Counted from the stretch's first letter, positions 38,225 through 52,061 are shown. The stretch is 64,000 nt of DNA from Octopus sinensis (GCF_006345805.1 NC_043020.1:20398001-20462000), one strand, 5' to 3'. Numbers and translations: made by a program. The notes: a model not told the origin generated them from the letters alone.

Positions 38225-38625
38225 TGGCAGTACTGTCATCATCATGGTAGCATTTACTTTCCCATGCTTGAAGGAGTCAAACGGAATTTATTGAAGAAAA
38301 TTTTCTATAACCAGATGTCCTTATTGTAACCAACTTGAACTCGTTTCTAAGGGAGACAATATTTTCTCCTAGTCTGGACATTTTATTCAAGGAGGATTGC
38401 AAACAAAACAACACCCTTTGTATGGTGGTGATATTAAGCCAAGAAGATACACACTCATGTACAAATACATATATGACAGATCTCTTTTTCAGTTTCCATC
38501 CACCAAACTCATTCACAAGACTTTAGTCAGTCCAGGACTACAGTAGAAGACACTTGCCCATGTAGAGGGACTGAACCTCAGACCACGTGGCTGAAAAGCA
38601 ACCTCCTAAATCACAGAGCTATGCT
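38225..38625 (-). mobile_element. tRNA-derived SINE, second subfamily, diverged
   Basis: Homologous to 20590-21010 and 25093-25526. Confidence 0.65.
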
Positions 38626-39033
38626 TTTATAAGGACACCACTTTTAGGCCTGTTGTATAAGCTTGCACAGTTTGTCACCCAGGGATTACAGAATTAGAAA
38701 AACTCAAAGGGCTGCCCTGGGTGGCACACATTCCAGCTACACAACAAACTGACTAATTGATGGACAGATGGATGGATGTGTGTGGGTAATGTGAAAAACA
38801 GTGCAGTGAGCCATGTTCTTTTATGCAGCCAAAAAGTAAAACTTAGCCATTTGGTAAGGGATTGATAAGCTTGAGGCAGATAAATACTAGGATTGTAAAA
38901 AGGGAGAGCCCTAGAATGGTTGCTGTCCAATGATGAAAGGTAACAAAAGAATGAAAGAATAATACAATGTATTTCAGACTCAGCATCTCATGAGTGATTG
39001 TTGTTTCAAAAACTCCATTTTGTTTCTGTGTAT

Positions 39034-39085
<52 letters not shown>

Positions 39086-39090
<5 letters not shown>

Positions 39091-39287
39091 TAATCCAAAC
39101 AAGAAAACAAAAAGACAACAACGCAAGGATGTGGAACAAATAAAGTATTATTGGACACTCAGGGAAGAAGGGAAGAAGGAGGGTTTGACGTTTCGAGCGG
39201 AGCTCTTCGTCGGAAACAAGGAGAAGGAAAGATCCCGAGACGGGAGGACAGAGGAAAAAAAATTGCTGGAGGTATTCACGAGGTCAC
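39086..39287 (-). mobile_element. ~200-bp Penelope-like terminal fragment between (TA)n tracts, carrying a minimal HHR
   Basis: Complex, CpG-containing island bounded on both sides by (TA)n. HHR at 39183-39217. Confidence 0.7.
39183..39217 (-). ncRNA. Minimal type I hammerhead ribozyme motif
   Basis: GTTT CCGACGA A GAGC TCC GCTC GAAA C G T C AAAC. Stem I GTTT/AAAC, stem II GAGC/GCTC, palindromic ACGT in place of stem III, GUC triplet, U4>C variant. Confidence 0.7.
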
Positions 39288-40177
39288 ATATATATATATA
39301 TATTTATATATATGTATATATGTTATATATGTATATATATGTAAACAATGTAATTTGTCTATTCATCTTTTTTATAAACATGGAAGTCTTACAAAACTAA
39401 CTGCAGTCAAAAGAAAGTGTGATGGTAAAACTCAATTCAGAAAAATAAATTAATATAAAATAATAAAGGATTTTTTTTTTGAAAATATAATAAACTCTAT
39501 TGCAAGACATTACAATAAAAACACTTTGCTGTTTTACAATTTCTATATGAATAGAATTTATTTTAAGTATGAGAAAATATATAAAATTTTTATGTTACAA
39601 TGAAATTAATAACTAAAAAATAGAAACTACTGATATGAGAAGATGTGATTTCTTACTAAAGTATAAGGCCTTTGATACATAAGGAGAGCAAGAAAATAAG
39701 TTCTGTTACTAGTTTCAGTCACTGGATTCCAACCATGCTAGAGTTTCACCTTCAAGTGTTTTGTTTTTTAGTTGTTTTTATTCAGCACAGTACTTCAAGT
39801 GGCATTCATTTCACCATTCTTGTGACTTGCAAAAGGCAAAGTGAATCTTGGTACAAAGGAACACGACTCTGTTGGATATGAATACCAAGGGGATTCCTAT
39901 ACTGGCCCTCACTTCACACAGATATACACAAACATATATTTTTGTGTATATATAATCTATGTAATTATGCAGTGTAATTTAAAGTTAAATTGCATAACAT
40001 ACAATCAGTATTTAGAACTTATGGTGTGTTCTTATACATCAAAAGAGAAAACTGCAAAGAGAACTTGTATTACATGCTAAGTTCCCTTTCATAAAGGTCT
40101 CCCACTGAATACAGGAGAGTTTGTATATAAATTGTTTAGCTAGTTCATCTTACATGATTCACTAATTATAATATGTG

Positions 40178-40224
<47 letters not shown>

Positions 40225-41665
40225 AACCCTTATAAATAATTATAAAACCTTCACGACTGATTAAAACATGTAAATAACCTTTAAGAGTCATAATGGACAT
40301 CAGACAATGCGAGATATCACATGCTCCTCTCAATGGCTTTAATTATAAATGTGTATAAAATTGGCTGTATACCTGAGTCAGTGACTGACTCACAAGGACA
40401 GAATAAGGTAAAACACAAAGAAACAGGCACAGGCAAAGCTATGGGGTTAACAAGTACACTTCACAACCATGTGGGTCTAGGTTTGATTCTACTGTGGATT
40501 AATTGAGGCATGTGTTTTCTACCATAGCCATGGACTGACCAATGCCTCAGTGAGTGGAATTTGGTGAATGGAAATTATGTGGAAGCCCAGTATGTGCACA
40601 TGTGTGTGTGCATATGCTGCTACTTGCTTCACCAGTCAGTGAAAGACCAGTGTTCTTCAATGTAAGCCCTTTGCAATGAATTATGGGCAATCTCTTGCTG
40701 TAAGAAATGCAATGAGTTAGTGATCGGCCCACTGAAAACTTATAATAATCAGTGACATTATTATTCAAATATTGCAAAGAAGAAAAAAAAAAGAAAGCAA
40801 AGATGAAAAAGATAGATTTATAAGAGTGAAGAATGAGAATGTGTGATATTCATGCCTTATCACTGAAGGGGTTATTACTGAAGTGAATTAATTGCAATCA
40901 AGAATTAAAACCCTCATTCTAGTGAGCTGTGATCAAACATTATTTAGATTCGTTTAAAATTGTTGGATGAAATTAGAAAATCAGAAATGAGAAGGGGGTT
41001 ATTATTAGACATTTGTTTGTTGATTAGAGAGAAAAAAAGTTCTGTGATATAATACAAAAATGAAATCATAATGTCTTGATCGTTAGCTAGATTCATTACA
41101 TCGATATTTAAATTGTAATATTGGATTTAATTATGTTTGAACATGATGGAAAGATCAAAGTACAACAACAACAATTACAGAAAAAACAAGCTTTACAGAA
41201 ACAACAATAATGATTTTTAAAAAATATATTTTGCCACAAGGGCGGCTGATATATGATGGAACATTACAATGACAAATTATGAAAAATTTTTTTTTAAAAA
41301 CCCAAATTGATGTTGGGTGGTTTACAAAAGAGTAATATGAATTTTTAATTTTGGATGTTAAGAGTTTATTTCAACTTACCATTCACTAGAAACAATGAAT
41401 TATTTTTGTTTCTTCACATCCACACTACCACCACACTGCTTTCATCATCACTACTACCACTGTCATCATCATCACCACCATCATTACTGTCATTAACACT
41501 ACTGCTATAATCATCACTTCCACTGTTGCTACCACTGCCACTACCACCACTACCACTGTTGTCATCATCAAGGTTTTGTCATCACCATCATTTCTGTTTT
41601 AATGAGCTATTTCTTTCAGTCACTAATCCATTGTAATTGTTACAAAAAACAAATCAAATCCTTAA

Positions 41666-41884
41666 CCCTTGAGTGTTTAAACTGGCCATATCTGGCCAAA
41701 GTTTTCTACCTATTTTATGTTTAAACTGACCAGATCAGGGCTCTCACACCTAACCTACATTGACATTATAAAAATAAACAATCACATCATTGAAACCTCA
41801 AAACTATAAGATAATACATGATTAATTAAAACAATTTGAGTAAAAAAATATTACATTTAACAGAGTAATCTGAACACTAAAGGG
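41666..41884 (+). mobile_element. piggyBac-type MITE (219 bp) with TTAA duplication
   Basis: TTAA|CCCTTGAGTGTTT at the left end and AACACTAAAGGG|TTAA at the right end. Homologs at 17327-17547 (-) and ~55300-55516. Confidence 0.8.
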
Positions 41885-44827
41885 TTAAACAGACTGAAAA
41901 CAATTCGAAACAGAAATATGGTATCGCTATTGTTTAGTCCCAGGTCAATCTGACAGAAGACCTATGATGAAAGGTTACTTGACGATGTCTATCCTGTCCT
42001 TTATTTAACTGTAGTATATCTGGGTTTATATTATCCAATGTGTCTTATATTTTTAAGACAGTAGGGTGTAATTTGAAGCAAATTCAGCTTCTATTTGGAG
42101 CAGATTAAGCAACCATATGGGAGCTCCTTCATTAGCTCATCAATATCATTGTTTCAAAGTTACAAAGTGAAATGACATGCAAATGTTAGGAATTGGAGAA
42201 AAATGTTTCATGGTATTAGGTTTCTGCTATGTGGTTACTTGACCTACTAGAAATAACAACCACATTACTTTCAAATCTATGACAGTCACACATAACTTAG
42301 GATGACTTGGTATCAGCATGTACCATGCTTTAACTAATTGTTGTTCTAGGTGGCCCACCTGCCCTTGACACAGCAGAACATCCAGGATGAGAGAGTAGCT
42401 AAAGGGAGAGACATGGCAACATAAGTACTAAACACTAAAGGAAAGGGAAGTATGTACAAGATAGCCAGACTAGACATAACTATCTCTACCAAGGTGTTCA
42501 GACCTGACAAGCAATTAAGTGTGTGTGTGTGTGTGGGTGTGCACGCACACCTGTTCACTTATTTTCCTCCATTATCGTATGCTAACACGAGTTAGACAAC
42601 TACTTATTGTCTTGTAGCTGGATTCCCTTCTTGTTGCTAACCCCAACCTGTTCTTCAAGTGAAGAACTTTTCATTCAGTTCCTCTTCAAAAGCACAGAGT
42701 TAGAAGAGATTTAACAAGGAATGTCAACAAACATCACTGTTTGAAATTCAGTGCATTTTCAAGTGAAGTGCAGGGTAAATGTTCACAAAAATGCACATGT
42801 AATGGGCTTTGTATAGTTTTTGTTTACCAGATTCACTCACAAGGCATTTGTCAGCCCAAGGTCACAGTAGAAAACACTCAAGGTGCTACACAGCGAGGGA
42901 CTGAACTTGAAACCAATTGTTTGAGAAGCAAATTTCCTAGCCATATGGCCATGCCTGTGCATTTATATAATTATCGTCGTTGTCATCATCATTATTTAAT
43001 GTCCATGTTCCATTCTTACATGGGTTGAACAGTTTGATAAGGTTCTGATGAGTTGAAGGACTGCATTGTGCTCCTGTGTCTGCTTAAACACAGTTGCTCT
43101 TCCTAAAGCCAACCACTTTACAGTGTGGACTAACTGGCTGCTATTTTCATGCCACCAGTACTATTAACATCACCATGTAGCTTGCAAAGTCAACAAACTT
43201 AGGAAGGAAAGATGTTACATCCATATGTTAGATGGGGGTTAAAGTAAAAGAGGTTAGGGTAGAGCAGATTCTCAGTGCATAAAGTTACTTCCCCCTCTTC
43301 TACAATCCCATTCAGTCAAGGAGGCTTTTTGTTCTTGTGAGTTACATGGCAACATCACTAAGGCAGATGCTGTGAGAAAAGCAACCAGTATATTCCATGC
43401 CAAAGTAGTCATGAAAGTCCAATGCAGTTCTCTGACTTACCAGACCCTGTTTAAACCATTCACTCCATGCCAAGCTGGGAGATGTTTGTTAAATGATGAT
43501 CATTTATCATCATTTTTATGTCAACTTTCTATACTGACATGAACTGGATAGATCATGTTCAGAGTCAGTTCTTACTCAGAGTTACTGCTTTCTAAGATGG
43601 GTCAAAGGACCACATTTTGTTGATGCAATTTTATTTTTAACATGGTTTCTGTAACTGGATGCCTTCCTGATACCAACGGATGACTCCATTGTCCATTTAA
43701 CTATATCATACATGCACACCAACATTTATATACTTCCCCTACTCATCTCACCTCCTTCTCTCTTGCTCTCTCTTTCTCTCTCTACCTATCACCCAAATTG
43801 TGCTTCTACTTCCAGTCATATGAGCTCACTATTCAATTTCTTTTCTGCAATGTGAACGGACGTCATAATTATAATATTCCCATTTCTTCTCCAGTTAAAC
43901 TTTTCACTATTCTTTGATAAAGTGTATAACTGTCAGATCCTCTTTCATTTCTTCTCCTTTGGTATTAGTTTTAATTGTACACACTTCTTGATTGTCATTG
44001 TTTTGTTTATTTTTCTATGGGTATTCCATCATGTTTTGCTTGTCTAACTTTATATATTGTTTGTTTGCTTCCTTCTTATCTTATGATCCTTCTTGTTTTG
44101 CTTATCTATTATTTATCCACTTTACATATATATGATGTCCTGTGTAATGTCAGCCATCAGTGTTTTAACCACAGTCTTTGCTGTATAATGTTGCACATTC
44201 AAAGTATGTGGTCAGTGTGTGTGTGTGTGAGATAGAGAGAGAGAGAGAAGCAGAGACTGAGGGGAGAGAGAGAAGTGGCAAAATACTTGTCACTGTGGCT
44301 TCTCATATAAGTAGATAACAGGAAAATGATTCCCACACCTTGACAAGAACAATCTGCTATTTATTCATCACACTAGAAAAAACTTGGCAGCCAAGGAGTG
44401 TTTGTATACGGTCACTGACTTACTAGAAATAACACCCAAATCTCTCTCAAATGACATGCCACTGCCTTAAAAAAAGAGCAATGGATAATTGAGACTGGGG
44501 AACAGACTGACAGAAACAAGATGGAATGGTCATAACTGGAATACCTATAATCATAAGTTTGCTTGATCAAAGCTGACGTGGAGTTAAACAGTAGAAACAA
44601 CATACTTGCTTATTTGTCAGCTAAAAGAGTTTCAATGAACATTATATGCAATTTGTAATATACAGTATGTAATATTATATGTGATATCTAATATACAATA
44701 TTCAATATTATGTGATATTCAATATAGAATATGTATTATATATGATATGCTATCACACTTGGTCGCTAGAGTCATCAAGTTCATTAAAACCAAGAAAGGG
44801 AGTTGTGTGTGTGTATTGAATTAAAAC

Positions 44828-45045
44828 ATACACACTCAACACAGTACACTCCACAAGGCATACTCAACATGCCACCCTCAGCAAGGCATGCTCAACACGA
44901 CTCTCAACAAGATGTACTCCACAAGACATACTCAGCAAAGTACATTCAATGAGGAACACTATGTACAGCACACTTCACAAGACCTACTCAGCAAGACACC
45001 AAACATGACACACTCAGTAAGACATACTTAATAAGATGCATTCAA
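44828..45045. repeat. Degenerate ~13-14-bp minisatellite (caagacatactca-like)
   Basis: Repeated variants caaggcatactca, caagacatactca, caagacctactca. Confidence 0.65.
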
Positions 45046-47148
45046 ACATAGTTATTTTAGTTTAGTGGAAAGAACTTTGGTGAATATCATGGAATTCTCT
45101 TAAGAACCATCCATTAGAAAATATCCAATGTTCATTAGCAAAGAAGCAAGAGAAAACATTACACTTAGACTGTCAACAAGTAAACAATCTTTGCATCAAT
45201 AGCATTTGATGAGAAAAACTGAGAGGGAAGAAGTAAGATACAATGCATTGTGATTTTTACAGTGAGTACATGTAGTTTTTTTCCCCAATATATACATACA
45301 CACAGATGTATATACACATATTTATATATAAATATATGAATTATATATATAAACAAATACACACACACACACACCCTGATAGCCAATTCCAAATCGAGGA
45401 GCTTACTGTAAATGCTGCTTGATTTTTTTAATATAGTTTTTCTACTACTTATATATATATATATATATATGTGTGTATATATATAATATACATACACATA
45501 TTCCCACATGTACACATATAGTGTCACAAATATTTTAAGGCTACTAGATGTGTACATCACATAGATCTAGAAAAGAGAGAGAGTGAGTCTGTGTGTGTGT
45601 GTTAGAGAAATTACAATATATAGGTCTATATATATATTTTTCATTTATGTACATATATATCTTAATAGACATTTTTTGATAATTACCTTATGAAAATAAA
45701 AAAAAACAACAAAAAATAAATAAAAGACAATGGTCTACTTACAACTGCACTTGTGATTTCTCATCAATTTTTCCTTTTCGTGATAAGAGTGAAGGAAAGT
45801 CACTCATAACGGCTTTACAGGGATCTGGTGTCTCAACAGAACACCAGGGGACACTATTGTATATGTGGTGAGAGGAATAATCTGAAATGAGACAAACAAT
45901 GTTAGCTATGGATCCAGACTTAATGAATGTGTGATCTGACTTTTTGCAACATAGACATTTTAGCTTAGCCATCATGACCAAGACCATGCTGGAGTATCAC
46001 ATTCAATATGTATGTGCATTCTCCTATACAAACACACACAATCACATGTATGTGTGTTTATATTTGTATATGTGACCATAAATGTGTGGGGGAATGGCAG
46101 TATACACCACATTTCTCCTTGAAAAATACATGGATATATGCAGATTTGTCTGCATATAATGATATACAATACTCAGAAAATTCATTATACTAACTCTATT
46201 TAACAAGTGTTCTGTATTCAGACTTTTTCTTTTTTAGTTGCATGGAGAGACAGACAGAACAATATTGATTTCAAATTTTAGGACTTGACCAATTTCAGGG
46301 ACAGGGGTTACGTAGATTACATCAACCCCTTTACTTGTACTTATTTTATATGTACAAACACTGAGAACTCTTTAGAAAATTGATGGTTTGAATGTGGTAA
46401 ATATCATATTTCTATCTAATTTCAATGCACCACTAATTCCTAAATCCCAGGCCAAAAAACAAGGTACACTTATGATGCAATGGTGAAATGACTCTATGAA
46501 ATGTTCCAACTACTAAATTGGTTCTTTCAATGCTTGACCTGTGTATGTTACTTTATCACTGTTGATGAAAAGAAACAGCTATCCATAGAGAGGTTTCAAA
46601 AATTTGACAATCCAACCTCTGGTTTGAACATCAAAGCAATGAACATTAAAGCAAAAATATGTTCAAAACAGTTCAGTGGCCACCATTTTGAATTCAATAT
46701 TTCTACTACATATCGATACTCTTATAAAATCAAAAAAACAGTGCAGTAGCCATGACTTTCAGGATCACTTTTTCATGCTTGGAATTAACAAAGTATGGAA
46801 TAAGCTATCTAAAATTTGTCAACACTACCCTTGGCATACCTAAGTACCCTTTCCCTTTTATGACTCTTTTTCTGTGTACTTTTGAGTCATCTTGTGTACT
46901 ACGCACATATTTTTGACTATCATTGCTGTATTTCCTTACTTGACTTATTGCTACATTCTATCTCACTTTTTTTGCAATGAGTTATTGTGAACCAGACCAC
47001 TGTATACAATAAGCTCATCATGGTACGTTTGCTTGTATGAAAGTGCTGTGATGTGCATATCTGCCAATATATATAAAAAAAAAACACTAATGAAAAATTT
47101 CTAAGTAATTTTGATATAATAAATATAGTTGAAAAATTTTCATAAATA

Positions 47149-48285
47149 TGAGATGGTATCAAAAGGTTCTCAGACTAGTTATGTTTAATAAAAAATAACT
47201 TATTTACCTAAGTTTTAACATCATTTTCTTCAAAATAGTCACTTTGCTCAAGAATACACTGGTCCCAGCATTCCTGCTGCTTTTGAAATCCAGCCTGAAA
47301 GTCATTTTCTGTAAGTGAGTGAAGTATTTTCTGCAATTCACTCTTGATCTCAACAATGGTGTTAAAACGGTGACCTTTGGCCTGCATTTTCATTTTGGGG
47401 AAGAGATGAAGTCCAAAGGTGCTAAATCTGACAAATAGGGCAAGTGCAGAAGCAATACCATGTTGTTTTTCATGAGAAACTCACAAGTGAGGAGAGCTTG
47501 GTGACAGGGTGCATTGTTGTCGTGAAGAATCCAATTCTTCAGGCTCCACGAAGTGAAGTATTTTCTGCAATTCACTCTTGATCTCAACAATGGTGTTAAA
47601 ACGGTGACCTTTGGCCTGCATTTTCATTTTGGGGAAGAGATGAAGTCCAAAGGTGCTAAATCTGACAAATAGGGCAAGTGCAGAAGCAATACCATGTTGT
47701 TTTTCATGAGAAACTCACAAGTGAGGAGAGCTTGGTGACAGGGTGCATTGTTGTCGTGAAGAATCCAATTCTTCAGGCTCCACGAATCCAGTTGCTTTTG
47801 CTGAATGCCCTCCCTTGAATGCTTCAAAACATCACAGTAAAACTCTCGATTAACGGTCAGGCCCTGGGGGACGAATTCTTGATGCACAGTACCACATTTC
47901 CAAGGGGTGACACTTGTGGCAGGTCTTCCAGATCGCTCACCATCTTCCAGGGACATTTTTCCACTTCTGAAGCACCTGTACCACTTGAAACAATGCATAC
48001 AATGCATTGCCTCATTGCCGTAAGCTTACCAAAGCATGATCAGTGTTTCTGTTGCAGACTTCTCAAATTTAATGTAAAATTTCACGTCCATAACAAAATC
48101 ACTGACTACAGCATATGTGTGATCACAAAAACACAAATTTCCCAACTTGCAAAGTAAACACAGTGATGTTATTCAGCACACTGCCTCAGGAAGGTCACTG
48201 CTAGCTCTCACTTTGCACACAACCATGTATTGCCATCTGTTGGCATGCTACAGAACTAGCCTGGGAACTTTTTGATACCACCACA
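47149..48285 (-). mobile_element. Mariner element with both TIRs, internal deletion and a 234-bp tandem duplication
   Basis: TA|tgagatggtatcaaaaggttctcagactag versus ctagcctgggaactttttgataccaccaca|TA. ORF 47624-48007 has HTH (RSGRP) fused to LHDNNAPCH..DLAPLDF. Confidence 0.92.
47319..47786. repeat. Apparently perfect 234-bp tandem duplication (47319-47552 / 47553-47786)
   Basis: Identical text by eye. ORFs 47390-47590 and 47624-48007 end in identical peptides offset by 234 nt. Confidence 0.92.
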
Positions 48286-48859
48286 TATACTCAAAGTATT
48301 TCAAAGAGAAAACTTAGTAATCACTTATTTTAATGAAAATGATTGAATCAAGGTGAGAGAGGGAGAAAAAGAGGGTATAGAGGGGGAGAGGAAAAGAGAA
48401 AGAGAGAGAAAGAGTGTGTTGCACTGAAAGGAAATGAAAGTAACTGAGTGTGCAAGGAAAAGATGAAAAGTATTAATTAATATAACAAGATATAATGTGA
48501 GACAGAGAAGAAACAAAGTCCAAAGGGAGAAAGCGGTTGAATAAAAAAGGATGAGGATAAGAGTGAGAGTGGAAAAAAGAAAGACTAATAGGGCTAGAGG
48601 TGGTAAAAGAGGGAAAGAGAGAGAGTGAGTGAGACAGACAGTGTCATAAGGAAACAGTAGGATAAAAGTTATAGAAAAGTAAGACATTAAAAGATGTACA
48701 GTGCAGTGAATAAAAATTAGTTTCCTGTTAAGTGTGTAGGTGAAATGTTCAATTATAAAATAAACCTGAATCCATTTTGATAATGATTGCAGCATGGAAA
48801 ACATAATTATTCTGTCATTCAGAAACACTCAAAGACTGTCAACTTCACTTAAACATTTA

Positions 48860-49035
48860 CAAGGAGCATTCAAAATGTATCCGATTTAGTTTTTTCCCTG
48901 CCAAAATTAATGCCGCATGGGCAAAACACTTTGAGTGGGACCTGGTAGCACCCTTCCTGTAATGCATGAAAATATTCACACAGGTAGATAGGTCAGTTCC
49001 CAACTGTTATATACCTGGGTGTACAAATGTGATGC
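48860..49035 (+). mobile_element. Possible mariner 5' end fragment
   Basis: Begins acaaggagcattcaaaatgtatccga, which is TIR-like. No ORF. Confidence 0.3.
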
Positions 49036-49040
49036 ATGCT

Positions 49041-49736
49041 CTGGCATCTTGTCAGTTATTAAGACAAACAAACAATGCTATGTAAATGACTGTTAAACAA
49101 AGGGAAATTACTATGTAAATGACCATTATTAAGAGCTATTAGAATGACCGTTAAATAAAGGGAAAAACCTGAAAGGGAGAAAGTAAAAGACGCTCGTAGA
49201 ATTCGTGTATGAGTGCATGTACATACATACACGCACACATGTACACCCACATGCATGTGTCTATATGCATATGCTCACTCACACACTTGAAACACATACA
49301 TGCACACCTATATGTGCACATGTATATGCAACCACACATGTACACATATCCATACGCACACAATTATATTCATATACAGGTCTAAATACACATATGCTAT
49401 ATAAGCATATACTCACACTTGTGTGAAACACATGCATGCACACCCACACAAATACCTATATATATGCAACCATACACATGTACCCTTATACATACCTGCA
49501 CATATGCACACAAACACACGTATATATACCCATATGCACACAAATATGTTCATATACACTTCTATATATGCACATGCACAAAAGAAATGCAGGGTGAAAG
49601 CTAATATACAGAAAAAATATGTAAAAATATATAAAGCAATAAAAATATATATAAAAATATGTAAAGAAAATACATATAAAAAATATAGAGAGATAAAATT
49701 CTTGTACATAGATGCAATAAAAAAAGCAGATTCTAT
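49041..49736 (-). mobile_element. Second copy of the 30.6-31.7 kb element body, lacking the inverted arm and truncated within the HHR
   Basis: ctggcatcttgtcagttatt aligns with ctggcatctctacagttatt (30716-30735). Homology continues through the CA-rich body and stops where the right arm of the first copy begins. Confidence 0.7.
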
Positions 49737-49989
49737 CTGGGATGTCAGGGAGACCAAAAATGTAACAAATATTGAGTCATATATGGACATGATCCTAAAA
49801 GTTCAGTTGTTGAATTTAGACATGTAGTGGGGTCTAAGCTACTTTTCCAGATGAGCCATCTTTCCATATCACAAAGACCACACTTTCCATTGCCATTGGT
49901 GTAAGGTTTACACTTGGCTAAGATCTTCCAATGGATGTTGTAATTGACACCTTTTTCTTTTAAGGACCATATAGGAAAGGGTGTCAGTT

Positions 49990-51550
49990 ACAAAATCCAG
50001 CACAGGTACCAATCAGGCGGTACTAACATCAGCCACAAAAATGATTTCAAGTGCAGTTTATTGCCCAATGATTGAAGGATACTCTTAAATGGGCTTGTTA
50101 TACTGCACTGGCATAGGCCATGGTCACGGTCACACTTGGCTTGCCAGGTCTTCTCAAACACAGTATATCTCCAAAGGTCTCGGTCACTTGTCATCGCCTC
50201 CATGAGGCCTGACGTTTAGAGGTCATGCTTCACCACCTCATCTCATGTCTTCCTGGGTCTACCTCTTCCACAGGTTCCCTCTACTGCTAGGGTGTAACTC
50301 TTTTTCACACAGCTGTCCTCATCCATATCAGTGTAGTTGTCTCTCTTGCAAACCACATCTGATGCTTCTAATGTCCAACTTTTCTCTCAGGGCACTTACA
50401 CACTGTCGTATATGCACACTGAATTTACACATCCAGTGGAGCATACTGGCTTCATTCCTTGCAAGCTTACGCATGTCTTCAGCAGTCATGGCCCATGTTT
50501 CACTGCCATGTAGCATGGCTGTTCGCATACATGCATCATACAGTCTACCTTTTACTTTGTCCCCAGCAAAGGTAGGAGCTCTCTGAACTTTGCCCAGGCT
50601 ATTCTTATTCTAGCAGCTACACTCTCAGAGCATCCACCCCTGCTATTGACTTGGTCACCTAGGTAACAGAAGCTATCAACTACTTTTAGTTTTCCCCCCC
50701 TGGCATGTGACGGAATCTGTTTTCTGCACATTTTCAGTGTCTATTACCCCTGAGCAATTACCACACACAAGTTAGCCTTTCTTTGATATTGCTGCACCTC
50801 TTATGTGTCCATAGCTTACACTGGGTACATCTTATGGAGTTTCTACCTATGCCTTTTCTACAGATTGAGCAGGGCCATCTACCTGAAGGGATTTGTGGTT
50901 TGTCTGCCTTCCTACTTATTAAGACTTTGGTTTTTGCAAGATTGACTCTAAGGCCCTTGATTCTAGACACCTGAAACTTCTCCTCTAGTTCTGATAGTGA
51001 CTCAGCTATTAGAGGAAGATCTTCAGCATAGAGAAGCTCCCAGGGGCATCCTGTTTTGAATTCCTCTGTAATTGCCAGGAGGACTATGATGGATAAGAGG
51101 AGGCTGAGGAATGATCCTTGGTGGACCCCTACCTGGAATTCTTCACTATACTTGTTGCCAAACCTCACCTTACTGACAGCATCCCTGTATATGGCTTGTA
51201 CAGTTCTCACTAACCACTCATCTTTCCCTTGTTTCTGCATTAACCACCTGATAAGAGACCGGGAGACCCTGTCAAAGGTTTTCTCCACGTCAACAAAAGG
51301 CAAGTAGAGAGGTTTATCTTTGGCTAGGTATTTCACCTGCAGTTGTCTTACTAGAAATATAGCATCAATGGTGCTTTTCCCTGGCACGAACCCAAACTGC
51401 ATCTCATGTAAACTGACCCTTTCCCTAATTAATTGGGCTTTGACCCTTTCCATGACTTTCATTACCTGATCCAATATCTTGATACCTTTGTAATTATTTG
51501 TATCTAATGCATCTCCTTTACCCTAGTAGTACTTGACTTTGGAGCCAGTC
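49990..51550 (-). mobile_element. RTE-clade LINE, 5'-truncated, decayed
   Basis: ORF 50758-51474 QFGFVPGKSTIDAIF..FVDVEKTFDRV..VGVHQGS..LLYAEDL..CSICRKG; ORF 50328-50528 HGSETW. Confidence 0.92.
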
Positions 51551-51554
51551 AAGG

Positions 51555-51785
51555 CATACTGGCATCAGTCATGATCAGTTGGCGCTTTTTACGTGCCACT
51601 AGCAAGGGAGCTAGTCAGGCGGACCTGGCATTGTCCATGTTTGGATCGTGCTTTTTACATGCCACTGGCATGGGAGTCAGTCTTGGCCATGTTTGGTTGG
51701 TGTTTCTTACATGTCACCAGCATGGGAGCCAGTCAGGGGCCAGCAGCCCCAGCTACACCAGTCATTGGGTATGATACCTTCATGT
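51555..51785 (-). mobile_element. RTE 3'-UTR subrepeat fragment
   Basis: Reverse complement of the ...tggcacgtaaaaagcacc... units at 33400-33680. Confidence 0.65.
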
Positions 51786-52061
51786 ATCACCTGACTGACT
51801 ATATGGGTGACTAGACTATAGCCGACGTAAATATACAAGTATACATATATGCAAATATGCATATATATATATATATATATATATATAAATCTACAGCTCT
51901 TGGTGGTCCAAATTGGATATGCAATCTGTGTGGGTGTCTCTTCAGAACATTGTCTGATTTAAAAAGGGACATCAGCAGCCACGATGGTGCTAAGGTGTAG
52001 GTAAAGGAGGTGGTCAAACTCTGCATAAGGAGTAGATAACTACCATATGTAAAAATATATA

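Noticed and set aside
42349-42425. Possible short terminal exon (acceptor ttgttctag, VAHLPLTQQNIQDERVAKGRDMAT*)
   Set aside because: No recognisable protein similarity. Such acceptors occur by chance.
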